Sequence record: OR805295.1
Strand: one strand, 5' to 3'
Length of the DNA: 64,000 nt
A program made the translations under genes and the position numbers. Shown one piece after another: positions 1 through 9,016 of the stretch; position 1 is the stretch's first letter; every line of letters begins with the position of its first letter. The notes beneath the pieces were generated by a model, which saw only the letters and a program-made list of their open reading frames with translations, had not been told where the DNA came from and made no database searches.

Positions 1-27
1 ATGCACCCTTTTATTTTTTATTTAGAT

Positions 28-1596
28 ATGGCAGCAGAAGATTATTTAATTAAAAAGGCTTTTAAAAAGGTCTTATACACAGACAAACAGATAGAAGAAT
101 TAAAAAAATGCATGGATCCTATAAATGGTCCTATGTATTTTATGACAAATTTTGTCTACATTCAGCATCCTACAAAAGGTCGTCTGTTATTTAAACCGTT
201 TCCATACCAAGTAGGTTTATTAGAAGCGTTTCACAATTATAGATATTCTATAGCTATGCTAGGAAGGCAGCTAGGTAAATCTACTGTAGCTGGATCTTAT
301 TTACTATGGTACGCAATGTTCGTACCTGATAGTTTTATTTTAGTTGCATCGAAAACAGGAGGCGACGCCAAAGAGATTATGGGTCGAATTCGGTTTGCAT
401 ATGAAAGTTTGCCAGATCATATTAGGGCAGGTGCAATTACTTATAATAAACATAGTATAGAATTTGATAACGGATCTAAGATTAAATCAACTACTACTAC
501 CGAAAATACAGGTAGGGGAATGTCCATTTCGCTAGTATATTTAGATGAAATGGCATTCGTGCCGTACAATGTGGCTATAGAAATGTGGACTTCTCTATCA
601 CCCACATTATCCACTGGCGGTAAATGTATAATAACTTCTACGCCTAATACCGACGAGGATTTGTTTGCCGATATATGGCATAATGCAAACAAATTAACTG
701 ACGAATACGGAAATGAACGAAAAATAGGTGCTAATGGATTTAAGCCGTTTAAAGCTACTTGGAAAGATCATCCTGACAGAGATGAAAATTGGGCAACAAT
801 AGAGCGTGAAAAGATAGGGGAAGAAAGATTTCGTAGAGAACACGAAGTGGAGTTTATTTCTTTTGAAGAAACTCTTATAAATTCTATAAAATTAAATCAA
901 CTAGAATCTAAAACTCCTATAAGAAAAACAGGCCAAGTCCGTTGGTATGAAGAAATAAAGCCGACAAATACATATGTTGTTGGATTAGATCCATCTATGG
1001 GAGCAGGCGGTGACAATGCTGCAATACAAGTGTTAGAATTACCTACAATGAAACAAGTAGCTGAGTGGCAGCACAACAGAACACCAGTTGAAGGTCAAGT
1101 TAGGTTGTTAAATGAAATACTTACAGAAATACAAAACGCAGGTGTAGTAGAATTATACTGGTCGTTGGAATCTAATAATTTAGGAGAAGCTGCATTAGTG
1201 GTAATACGTGATACAGGAGAAGAATATTTTCCTGGAACATTTTTGCATGATCCTGTAAAACAAGCAGGGGCGAATAGTCGTAAAAGACAAGGTTTTCTTA
1301 CTACTAATCGGACAAAAATAGAAGCATGTTCTAGATTGAAATCCTTAATAGAAAATAATAAAATAAAAATATCATCTTCTGCATTGATTAGTGAATTAAA
1401 GAATTATGTACACAGAGGAGCCACGTTTGAAGCTCGACCAGGAACTACAGACGATTTGGTGTCTGCACTCATATTAACACTAAGGATGACTCAGTTTATT
1501 GCATTATGGGATGATAATACAAATGGTGCAATCAGTGCAAGTATAGAAGTCGTCGATGAGGATGACGATAGTATGCCCATGCCTTTCTTATTTTAA
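28..1596 (+). CDS. terL: Terminase large subunit (T4 gp17-like)
   Basis: Walker A LGRQLGKST, Walker B LVYLDEMAF, motif III ITST, RNase H-like nuclease GLDPS...DDLVSA. ATG at 28 preferred; ORF is open to the window edge. Confidence 0.95.
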   Translation: MAAEDYLIKKAFKKVLYTDKQIEELKKCMDPINGPMYFMTNFVYIQHPTKGRLLFKPFPYQVGLLEAFHNYRYSIAMLGRQLGKSTVAGSYLLWYAMFVPDSFILVASKTGGDAKEIMGRIRFAYESLPDHIRAGAITYNKHSIEFDNGSKIKSTTTTENTGRGMSISLVYLDEMAFVPYNVAIEMWTSLSPTLSTGGKCIITSTPNTDEDLFADIWHNANKLTDEYGNERKIGANGFKPFKATWKDHPDRDENWATIEREKIGEERFRREHEVEFISFEETLINSIKLNQLESKTPIRKTGQVRWYEEIKPTNTYVVGLDPSMGAGGDNAAIQVLELPTMKQVAEWQHNRTPVEGQVRLLNEILTEIQNAGVVELYWSLESNNLGEAALVVIRDTGEEYFPGTFLHDPVKQAGANSRKRQGFLTTNRTKIEACSRLKSLIENNKIKISSSALISELKNYVHRGATFEARPGTTDDLVSALILTLRMTQFIALWDDNTNGAISASIEVVDEDDDSMPMPFLF

Positions 1597-1627
1597 ACTA
1601 AATATAGTTAAATTGGATTTAGATTTA

Positions 1628-3118
1628 ATGAAACTATTTGAAGTGTTTACTTTATATGAAGATAAAGCAGAACTGATTGTGAAAAATCAAGGACCCAACC
1701 TCCTTACTGCTGCTAAAAATTATGGATCGAATATTCGTACGGCTGAAGAAATAATGAATGTTCTTAAGCGTGCAGATCCTACATCTAATCAGAAATATTT
1801 GCAATGGATTACTAATAGATTTATTGCAGGTGAATTTAGATTAGAAGATACTAATAGAATAAGGGCAGAACTTATATCATTCGAAAGATATAAACGTGTT
1901 TTACCGAAAAAAGATATAAATCAGTATAAAACACTAGGAGAATTGTATGCAGTAATTGACCCATTAAATGACGCAGCAACAGGCAACGATCTGATTGGTG
2001 TATCTAATAAACGAGTTAAAAAGCATGCATATAATGCCAAACGCCAAGAATTAATTTCGTCTGGTCAAGCAGATGTAATTTATAAAGGCCAAGAAGGAAT
2101 GCTAGTTAATCCCAAAACAGAAGAAGCAGCAATATTTTTCGGTCAAGGAACTAGGTGGTGTACAGCAGCAACTAGTAGTGATAATATGTTTAGTCACTAC
2201 CATAGTCAGGGACCGTTATATACTTGGTTAGGTTCGGATGGATTCAAAGCACAATTCCATTTAGAAACTAATCAATGGATGGATTCAAAAGACGAGCCTT
2301 TAGACAACGCTCAAATGTCTAAGCTATTGTTAATTCCTATAATTAAAAAATTGTACGACGACGGTATAATTAAATCTGAGAAATCACTTGTCGGCGATCG
2401 TGGCGGCTTCGATGACGAATATGATAATAGACTATCGGATGACTATTATTTCGACATGTGGGCTGATCGAAAATACCGTATTAAACGACATATTGAGAAA
2501 CACGGCATGTCTGAGTATTTAATAGATACACTTTCTGTTAAAGATCCTTTATTACCGTTGTTTGTTTTACCAGAACACTCAAAATACCCTGCGTCGAAAT
2601 CACTCGATGATTATTTTTTAAAATTATCCAAAATAGAACCGCTCGACCAATATAAAGAGATAAATGGGTATTTTGAGAGTGATATGTTACTTCGATTAAC
2701 TAGATACCTTGAAGATTCTACAGGGTCTCATTCTAAATCTTTAGATGATGCTGGATTTAATTTTGTTCGTCGATTACTGGACATAGGCGGAAAGGATTTT
2801 GATTTAATAATATCGAACTATCTAAAACATGTAGCTGAGAATTCTAAAACAAAACAATACCTTCTGTCTAATCTTCCGTTAGCTGTTGAGATTGCTAATT
2901 CGATCGAATGGCCAGAACTTATGACAGCAATTGAGCATGAGCTTAGCAATGCTAAAACACCAAAAGAAGAGAACGATGCAATAAAACTAGGCAGTGATTT
3001 AATGTTTAAATCTAATAGCCTGCCTGTATCTAAATGGTTTATTAATTTACTTAAAACTACAGATGCAGGTAAACGATACTTATCATCATTACCTGAGTAT
3101 GACAACACAAAACAATAA
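1628..3118 (+). CDS. Conserved jumbo-phage protein, probably virion/head-internal
   Basis: ORF track 1556; ATG at 1628 (MKLFEVF) follows ACTAAATA at 1597-1604. ADPTSNQKYLQWI and GTRWCTAA...NMFSHY motifs are typical of large-phage hypothetical proteins. Confidence 0.6.
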   Translation: MKLFEVFTLYEDKAELIVKNQGPNLLTAAKNYGSNIRTAEEIMNVLKRADPTSNQKYLQWITNRFIAGEFRLEDTNRIRAELISFERYKRVLPKKDINQYKTLGELYAVIDPLNDAATGNDLIGVSNKRVKKHAYNAKRQELISSGQADVIYKGQEGMLVNPKTEEAAIFFGQGTRWCTAATSSDNMFSHYHSQGPLYTWLGSDGFKAQFHLETNQWMDSKDEPLDNAQMSKLLLIPIIKKLYDDGIIKSEKSLVGDRGGFDDEYDNRLSDDYYFDMWADRKYRIKRHIEKHGMSEYLIDTLSVKDPLLPLFVLPEHSKYPASKSLDDYFLKLSKIEPLDQYKEINGYFESDMLLRLTRYLEDSTGSHSKSLDDAGFNFVRRLLDIGGKDFDLIISNYLKHVAENSKTKQYLLSNLPLAVEIANSIEWPELMTAIEHELSNAKTPKEENDAIKLGSDLMFKSNSLPVSKWFINLLKTTDAGKRYLSSLPEYDNTKQ

Positions 3119-3146
3119 ATACAATTAAAGTTTTGAGGTAAGAATT

Positions 3147-4715
3147 TTGATTAATTATAACAGAACTGCTAAAAAAATATTTTCTGTATTAAAAGGGCAC
3201 AGCTATCGGGTTAAAATGTATGACCTAACAGGCAATGAAGTGATAGACCCGGAAAAAGCTCGTCGATTTTATGTTCAATACCCGAACATGATGATAACAC
3301 TAGATGAAGACACCGGTGAAATTCGTATGAGCAAAAACAATAATATTTCTTTAACTGAATACGAAAGTACATTAGTTCAGTTAAAGAACATAGCAGTGCA
3401 TTACATGCTAAATTTTACCTTGAAAGACTTCGGGAGAGAAATAACACCGAGAGATTTTGCATACCAAGCAAAAGTTAAAAAGGAAAAAGAAATGTCTAAC
3501 GGATCTGTATCTGAATCTATATCTCCTCTGGCTGGTTCTAAAAAAACAAGTTATCAAACAATAGAAAATGTTAAAATACATGTAAAGCATAAGTCACATG
3601 TCGACGAAGAGATTAGGGGAGCTCGTTCTAGAAATATTTCTGCAATTTTTATAGAACACTCGGGAGAAAGGTTTCGTTTTCCTCACAATAACTTAGTTGG
3701 TGCCCGCGCCATGGCAAGACATATACAGCAAGGCGGCAATCAATACGATTCGATTGGTTCTTATATAATAGAAAGCTGTGCTAACTATACTAAGTTAAGA
3801 GAATTTATGAGATATATTCGTTCTAACAATCTTATAACAGAAGATAGCAACGATGTTATTGCTAATATTAAGGAAAGCATAGATAGTATAGCTACAGATT
3901 TAAAACGTCTATCTGGTGTAAATACCTACGGTATAGTAAAATCTAGGATCGAAGAAACGGAAGAAGCAGAATGCGATGTATCTGATGTAGATAAGTTTAA
4001 GGATATGTTTACTATTCGTAAGTTTGATGATAAGTTTACTGATGTTCTTCCTATAGTGAGTAAACTCGTTAAGGAAAAACAATCATATTTAAAGAAAATA
4101 GAAGAAGCAGTTTCTAAACAAATTTATATAGAGTCTATGCCTATTTTAGAAACTAATGCTATAATATATGAAAATCCTAATATTAAGTTAGGACATAGCT
4201 TACAAGAACTTAGTTCTAGAATATTAGAAAACACATTATTAGCTAATTATATTTCGTCAATGGGATCTAAGCTAATAAAAGAAAATACTTTAAATAAATT
4301 CGAATGTTCTATAATTAAATCATTTTTTGAAAACGTTAGTGTTAAAAAAGCAAATACTAATCAAACTAATGGGTTATTTGCAGAATCGATTAACGAATTT
4401 GGGATAAATATTCCTGACTTCCCGGATAATAATCCCTTTAATAAAAATAAAGACAACAAATACAGTAATTCAGATTCAAATTCAGATTCAAATTCAGATT
4501 CAGATTCAGATTCAGATTCAGATTCAGATTCAGATTCAAATTCAGATTTAGATTTAGATAAACACGCATCTGATCAAAAAGTAGATGCAAATGACACTGT
4601 CTCTAAAATTGATTTTATTATAAGCAATAGTCACGGAAGGTATAATGACAGAGAAAAATTACTAAAATTACCAGATGATGTTATTAACAGAATATATTCT
4701 AAAATTGCTAAATAA
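3147..4715 (+). CDS. Conserved hypothetical protein upstream of ssb, with a Ser-Asp repeat tail
   Basis: TTG start with GAGGT SD; 522 aa; SDSDSD tract near the C-terminus. Confidence 0.7.
   Translation: MINYNRTAKKIFSVLKGHSYRVKMYDLTGNEVIDPEKARRFYVQYPNMMITLDEDTGEIRMSKNNNISLTEYESTLVQLKNIAVHYMLNFTLKDFGREITPRDFAYQAKVKKEKEMSNGSVSESISPLAGSKKTSYQTIENVKIHVKHKSHVDEEIRGARSRNISAIFIEHSGERFRFPHNNLVGARAMARHIQQGGNQYDSIGSYIIESCANYTKLREFMRYIRSNNLITEDSNDVIANIKESIDSIATDLKRLSGVNTYGIVKSRIEETEEAECDVSDVDKFKDMFTIRKFDDKFTDVLPIVSKLVKEKQSYLKKIEEAVSKQIYIESMPILETNAIIYENPNIKLGHSLQELSSRILENTLLANYISSMGSKLIKENTLNKFECSIIKSFFENVSVKKANTNQTNGLFAESINEFGINIPDFPDNNPFNKNKDNKYSNSDSNSDSNSDSDSDSDSDSDSDSNSDLDLDKHASDQKVDANDTVSKIDFIISNSHGRYNDREKLLKLPDDVINRIYSKIAK
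4467..4559 (+). repeat. Coding 6-bp tandem repeat (TCAGAT/TCAAAT)n encoding Ser-Asp/Ser-Asn
   Basis: Directly visible, about 15 units. Confidence 0.95.
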
Positions 4716-4795
4716 AATTATTATAAAGATCATTGAAATGGATTCGAAATAAAATTAATTCTGTATACTTTGCATATTACACTAAAAATAAATGG

Positions 4796-4824
4796 TTGAC
4801 AAATAGATAACTGCATTATATAAT
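4796..4824 (+). promoter_or_regulatory. Consensus sigma70 promoter for gp32
   Basis: TTGACA (4796-4801), 17 bp spacer, TATAAT (4819-4824). Confidence 0.9.
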
Positions 4825-4837
4825 TACACCATAACTT

Positions 4838-4881
4838 AGTTTTGCAGCTAACCCGAGCAAAACTGTATTAAAAGGGTTTAG
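4838..4881 (+). promoter_or_regulatory. Predicted H-type RNA pseudoknot in the gp32 mRNA leader
   Basis: S1: AGUUUUGC 4838-45 / GCAAAACU 4857-64. S2: AACCC 4850-54 / GGGUU 4874-78. An A/U-rich stretch follows up to the ATG. Confidence 0.6.
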
Positions 4882-4915
4882 GATAAAATAAAAAAAATAT
4901 TAAGGATAATTCATT

Positions 4916-5902
4916 ATGGCTTCTCTTGCTGAACTACGTCAAAAATTAAAAGATCAAGAAACAAAACGTGGCACAAAATCATCTGGCAGTGCAGATAAAA
5001 GTAATTTCCCATTCTGGGACATGAATGAAAACGACAGTGCTACTGTAAGATTTCTTCCTGATGCAAACACTGATAATACCTTTTTCTGGGTAGAAAAACA
5101 ACAAATTAAAATTCCATTCAGTGGCATTGTAGGTATGAATAGTAAACCTACAGTTGTTACTGTACCGTGTGTAGAAATGTGGGGGGAATCTTGCCCTATT
5201 CATCAAGAAATCCGTCCGTGGTTTAAAGATCCTTCGTTAGAGAAATTAGCGCGTACTTATTGGAAGAAACGTTCTTATATTTTCCAAGGACTTGTTCGTA
5301 AGTCACCCCTTGTAGAACAAGAACTACCGGAGAATCCTATTCGCAAATTTACATTCGGAAGTCAGATTTTTAATCTAGTTAAATCGTCTCTATTAGACCC
5401 CGAAATGGAAAACATTCCCACTGATTATTTAAATGGTACTGATTTCCAGATAACTAAATTAATGAAGGGCCAATATGCCGATTACGCTACATCTAAATGG
5501 GCAAGGAAAGAATCTTCGTTAACTGAAGAAGAATTCCAAGCAATCCAAACATATGGTCTGTATGATTTAAGTAAATTTTTACCTGCTAAACCTGATGCAG
5601 AAGCATTAGCTGCTATATTCGAGATGTTCGAAGAATCAGTAGAAGGTAAAGAATATGATCCGCAGCGTTGGGGGAAATACTATCGCCCTTACGGGGTTGA
5701 AGTTCCTACTAATACTTCCGTAAGTGTACCTGTATCTAAACCAGAACCTAAGACTACGGTATCTAGTTCTTCAGTTATAGAAGACGATAACGATGATCTT
5801 CCTTGGGAAGATACTACTAAACCTGTAGAGCCTGTCAAATCTGCTTCTAATGCGCAAGATATAATTGCGCTCATCCGCGCCCGCCAAAACAGCGGCAACT
5901 AA
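4916..5902 (+). CDS. ssb: Single-stranded DNA-binding protein (T4 gp32-like)
   Basis: VRFLPD...FFW, CVEMWGESCPI Zn region, YADYATSKW, acidic tail; lies upstream of uvsX. Confidence 0.92.
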   Translation: MASLAELRQKLKDQETKRGTKSSGSADKSNFPFWDMNENDSATVRFLPDANTDNTFFWVEKQQIKIPFSGIVGMNSKPTVVTVPCVEMWGESCPIHQEIRPWFKDPSLEKLARTYWKKRSYIFQGLVRKSPLVEQELPENPIRKFTFGSQIFNLVKSSLLDPEMENIPTDYLNGTDFQITKLMKGQYADYATSKWARKESSLTEEEFQAIQTYGLYDLSKFLPAKPDAEALAAIFEMFEESVEGKEYDPQRWGKYYRPYGVEVPTNTSVSVPVSKPEPKTTVSSSSVIEDDNDDLPWEDTTKPVEPVKSASNAQDIIALIRARQNSGN

Positions 5903-5907
5903 ATAGG

Positions 5908-5935
5908 GAGAGGGGATCAGCGATCCCCTCTCTTT
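5908..5935 (+). terminator. Rho-independent terminator after gp32
   Basis: GAGAGGGGATC-AGC-GATCCCCTCTC followed by TTT. Confidence 0.8.
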
Positions 5936-6009
5936 AATATAACCTAAAATAGCCAAAAAGTACAACTACAATGTTGGAAGGACGGCAGTATTATAAAAAA
6001 GGACATTTT

Positions 6010-6255
6010 ATGACAAAACCATTCGATATTTCTAAATTTAGAAAAGATATTACTAAAAGTATCACTGGCATTAGTACAGGATTTAATGACCCAACTATTT
6101 GGATTAGTACCGGCAACTATACTCTTAATTATCTCATTAGTAGCGACTTTAATAAAGGCGTACCTATGGGTAAAGTAACTATGTTTGCTGGCGAGTCGGG
6201 TTGTTTGCCTGAAACTGCTAAAGTGAAAATTAGACTATCTAAGAAGCAATCTTAA
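6010..6255 (+). CDS. uvsX: UvsX/RecA N-extein (64 aa) fused to a 17-aa split-intein N fragment (6202-6252)
   Basis: RecA N-terminus ISTGNYTLNYLIS...GKVTMFAGESG, then CLPETAKVKIRLSKKQS and a stop codon. Confidence 0.92.
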   Translation: MTKPFDISKFRKDITKSITGISTGFNDPTIWISTGNYTLNYLISSDFNKGVPMGKVTMFAGESGCLPETAKVKIRLSKKQS

Positions 6256-6264
6256 CTGTCCAGT

Positions 6265-6304
6265 GTCTCCGTCGAGGATAAATACTTTTATCTAAAACGG
6301 AGAC
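6265..6304 (+). promoter_or_regulatory. SD-sequestering hairpin containing a late promoter, upstream of the endonuclease gene
   Basis: GTCTCCGT 6265-72 pairs with ACGGAGAC 6297-6304, which includes the SD GGAG. Inner stem GATAAA/TTTATC; GATAAATA at 6277-84. Confidence 0.75.
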
Positions 6305-6307
6305 TTT

Positions 6308-7741
6308 ATGGGAAATTACAATGTTCTTTCTACAAAAAACTTTAAGAAGCTATGTAATGAGTTAAACATAGTAACGATATCAGAAAAGTACATTTCTGAT
6401 ATACGTAAGATAGAAGATTCTGCTAAGAGCAAAGTGGATTCTGCATCTCAGCGTATGATATTAACTATGATAACTGTGAAAGTTCCCGACTTATATGATG
6501 CATATAACAGATACTATCAGCTCAGAACAGATGGTATTAGTACAAAAACTCAAGACAGTATTTCTTATATTTTTGGAAAAGACTTCCTCGAATCTGTTAA
6601 TTTACTAATCAGTAATAGATATAAAACTGCATTCCGTAAAGGAATGACAGTGGAAGAGGCATTTATAACACGTAATAAAGACTTTTCCAATAATGGTGTG
6701 TATTATAACCAGATGACTGATAAGCAAAAGAAACGTTTATCATTATTGCTTAGTGTGTATACACCAGAAAGGTTGGAGTTTTATAAAAAGACAATTTCGT
6801 TTTTTATTAAGTTAGATTTGACTAATTATGCAGGAAGAATGAAAAGACTGATGAAACTGGGATCTAGTACGTCTTTATATGCTAGCGTATTACGGTATGG
6901 TAAATCTGTCGGAAAAAGCACACATTCATCTGTATCTGCGGTAAAGAGAAACTATTTGCCTACTTCGATACAATATTGGATGGCAAAGGGGTTTGATGAA
7001 GATACTGCATTAGTGAAGATAAACGAACATCAACAGAAAGCAAGTGCCATGTCTTCCAAAAAACTAAAAGGCACTAGCGAATACTCTGTTCGATCAGTTG
7101 CATATTGGATTAAAAACGGGTATAGCGAAGAAGAGGCAAAAGGGAAAGTATCTAATATACAGAATACTTGGAAAAATGTATCTCAAGAAGAGCGTGATCG
7201 AAGAATAGAATCGTGGATGACTACAATGAGTCTTAAAACAGACGAGGAGAAATCTTTGATAAACCTTAAAAAAACTCACAGCCCGGAAGGGATAATGGCA
7301 AGGACAAATTGCGATTATGATATTGCATTTAAGCAAAGCGTTGATTTTTTTAAGAAACGAAATAATTCTTCTAAAGTATCTCAAGAACTATTTTGGGGAA
7401 TTGCCGAGGATATCGATACCGATGGAGTTTACTTTTCTGAACTAAACTACGAATACCCTGTTATGGGGAAAATAGTAGATTTCTATGATTCTAAAAGCAA
7501 AACAGTAATCGAATTTTATGGAAACTTTTGGCATGCAGATAGTACATATACTGATGACACACTGATATATGGAAAAACTGCTAAAGAAATAAGAGAATCG
7601 GACATTTACAGAGAAACGTTAATTAGATCATCTGATTTGGTTAGTGATTTTATAGTAGTTTGGGAAAAGGACTTTAGGAAGAATCCGAAAGAAACAATTA
7701 AAAATTTAGTTAATATTTTAAATAATAAAAGGAAATTTTAA
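6308..7741 (+). mobile_element. Free-standing homing endonuclease (Vsr/EDxHD/DUF559-like) between the split-intein halves
   Basis: C-terminal IVDFYD...VIEFYGNFWHAD...IVVWEKD; repeated YWxxxG(Y/F)xE(E/D)xA segments; position inside the fractured uvsX. Confidence 0.8.
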
Positions 7742-7744
7742 TAA

Positions 7745-9016
7745 ATGGAATACATCGAAAAGGAAGTAACAGTTAGTGAACTGAAGTCTCTCTACAGTAG
7801 TAATGAATACGAAATTGAGTTAGACACACCAGATGGCTGGCAAAAACTGGGATCTTGGTTCGATAAAGGCCCTCTTAGTATGGTGACGGTAGAAACGCAG
7901 GATGGGTTAGTTACTAGATGTGCAGTAAACCATATGATCGAAGTGGTAGACGGATCGGAAACTTTTTGGACACTTGCAAAAGACTTGTACGAAGGCCAAC
8001 AAGTGCTTACTGTAAACGGTGTCTCAACAATTAGTTCTGTAACTGAAAGTGGCATCGAAGAATGTTTCGATTTCGAAATACTCCACGAAAATCATCGTTA
8101 CTATGGTGATGGATTCTCTTCTCACAATAGTGGCAAATCGTATATAGTATCAGGAAACATTGTAAAAGATGCACAAGAAAAGGGAATTTTTGTTGTATTA
8201 CTTGATTCAGAAAATGCACTCGACGAATCTTGGCTACATGCACTAGGTGTAGACACCGGACCGGAAAAAATGTTACGCATCTCTGTATCGATGATAGATG
8301 ATGTAGCAAAAATTATTAGTGATTTTGTTAAAGATTACAAGACTAATTATGCCGAACTACCTAACAATGATCGACCGAAGGTGCTTTTTGTTATTGACTC
8401 GCTCGGAATGTTATTGACACCAACGGAAACTGCACAATTTCAAAATGGTGATATGAAAGGAGATATGGGCAGGAAAGCAAAACAATTAAAAGCATTGATT
8501 TCTAACTGTACAAATATGTTCGGCAACTTAGACATAGGCCTTGTTTGTACTAACCATACATATGCATCTCAAGATTTATTTCAGCCCGACGCTGTAATTT
8601 CGGGTGGCAGCGGCGCAGTCTATGCCGCGTCAATTGTAGTGGCAATGCAAAAGTTAAAGTTAAAAGAAGACGAAGCAGGTAATAAAATTTCTGAAGTAGC
8701 TGGTATTCGTGCAGTATGTAAAGTTGTGAAATCTCGATATGCAAAGCCGTTTGAGACAGTAAAAGTAAATATTCCATATGATACAGGTATGAGTCCGATA
8801 TCGGGTCTATTTGACTTGTTTGAAAAAACAGGTAAACTTGTAAAACAAGGCAATAGATATAAGTACATAACCAAAGATGGTACCGAAATGCTGTATTATA
8901 GGAAAGAATGGAATGATTACGATAAACTAAAAGTAATTATGAATGAATTTACAGACGAAGACCTAGGCAATGTCGTAGAAGTGGAAGAGGGTCATTTAGA
9001 AGAGTTCGATGAATAA
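7745..9016 (+). CDS. uvsX: Split-intein C fragment (128 aa, 7745-8128) fused to the UvsX/RecA C-extein
   Basis: Intein blocks CAVNH, CFDFEI and SSHN, then +1 Ser: SGKS..., LLDSENALD, FVIDSLG, ISGGSG and KSRY RecA motifs. Confidence 0.93.
   Translation: MEYIEKEVTVSELKSLYSSNEYEIELDTPDGWQKLGSWFDKGPLSMVTVETQDGLVTRCAVNHMIEVVDGSETFWTLAKDLYEGQQVLTVNGVSTISSVTESGIEECFDFEILHENHRYYGDGFSSHNSGKSYIVSGNIVKDAQEKGIFVVLLDSENALDESWLHALGVDTGPEKMLRISVSMIDDVAKIISDFVKDYKTNYAELPNNDRPKVLFVIDSLGMLLTPTETAQFQNGDMKGDMGRKAKQLKALISNCTNMFGNLDIGLVCTNHTYASQDLFQPDAVISGGSGAVYAASIVVAMQKLKLKEDEAGNKISEVAGIRAVCKVVKSRYAKPFETVKVNIPYDTGMSPISGLFDLFEKTGKLVKQGNRYKYITKDGTEMLYYRKEWNDYDKLKVIMNEFTDEDLGNVVEVEEGHLEEFDE

Noticed and set aside
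4467-4559. Hexamer repeat as a CRISPR array or origin iterons
   Set aside because: No spacers; it lies in frame inside a CDS.
5971-9016. uvsX as a pseudogene, frameshift or group I intron-interrupted gene
   Set aside because: Both parts carry correctly placed intein termini (C1; HN followed by +1 Ser) and each has its own start and stop; no intron core is evident.
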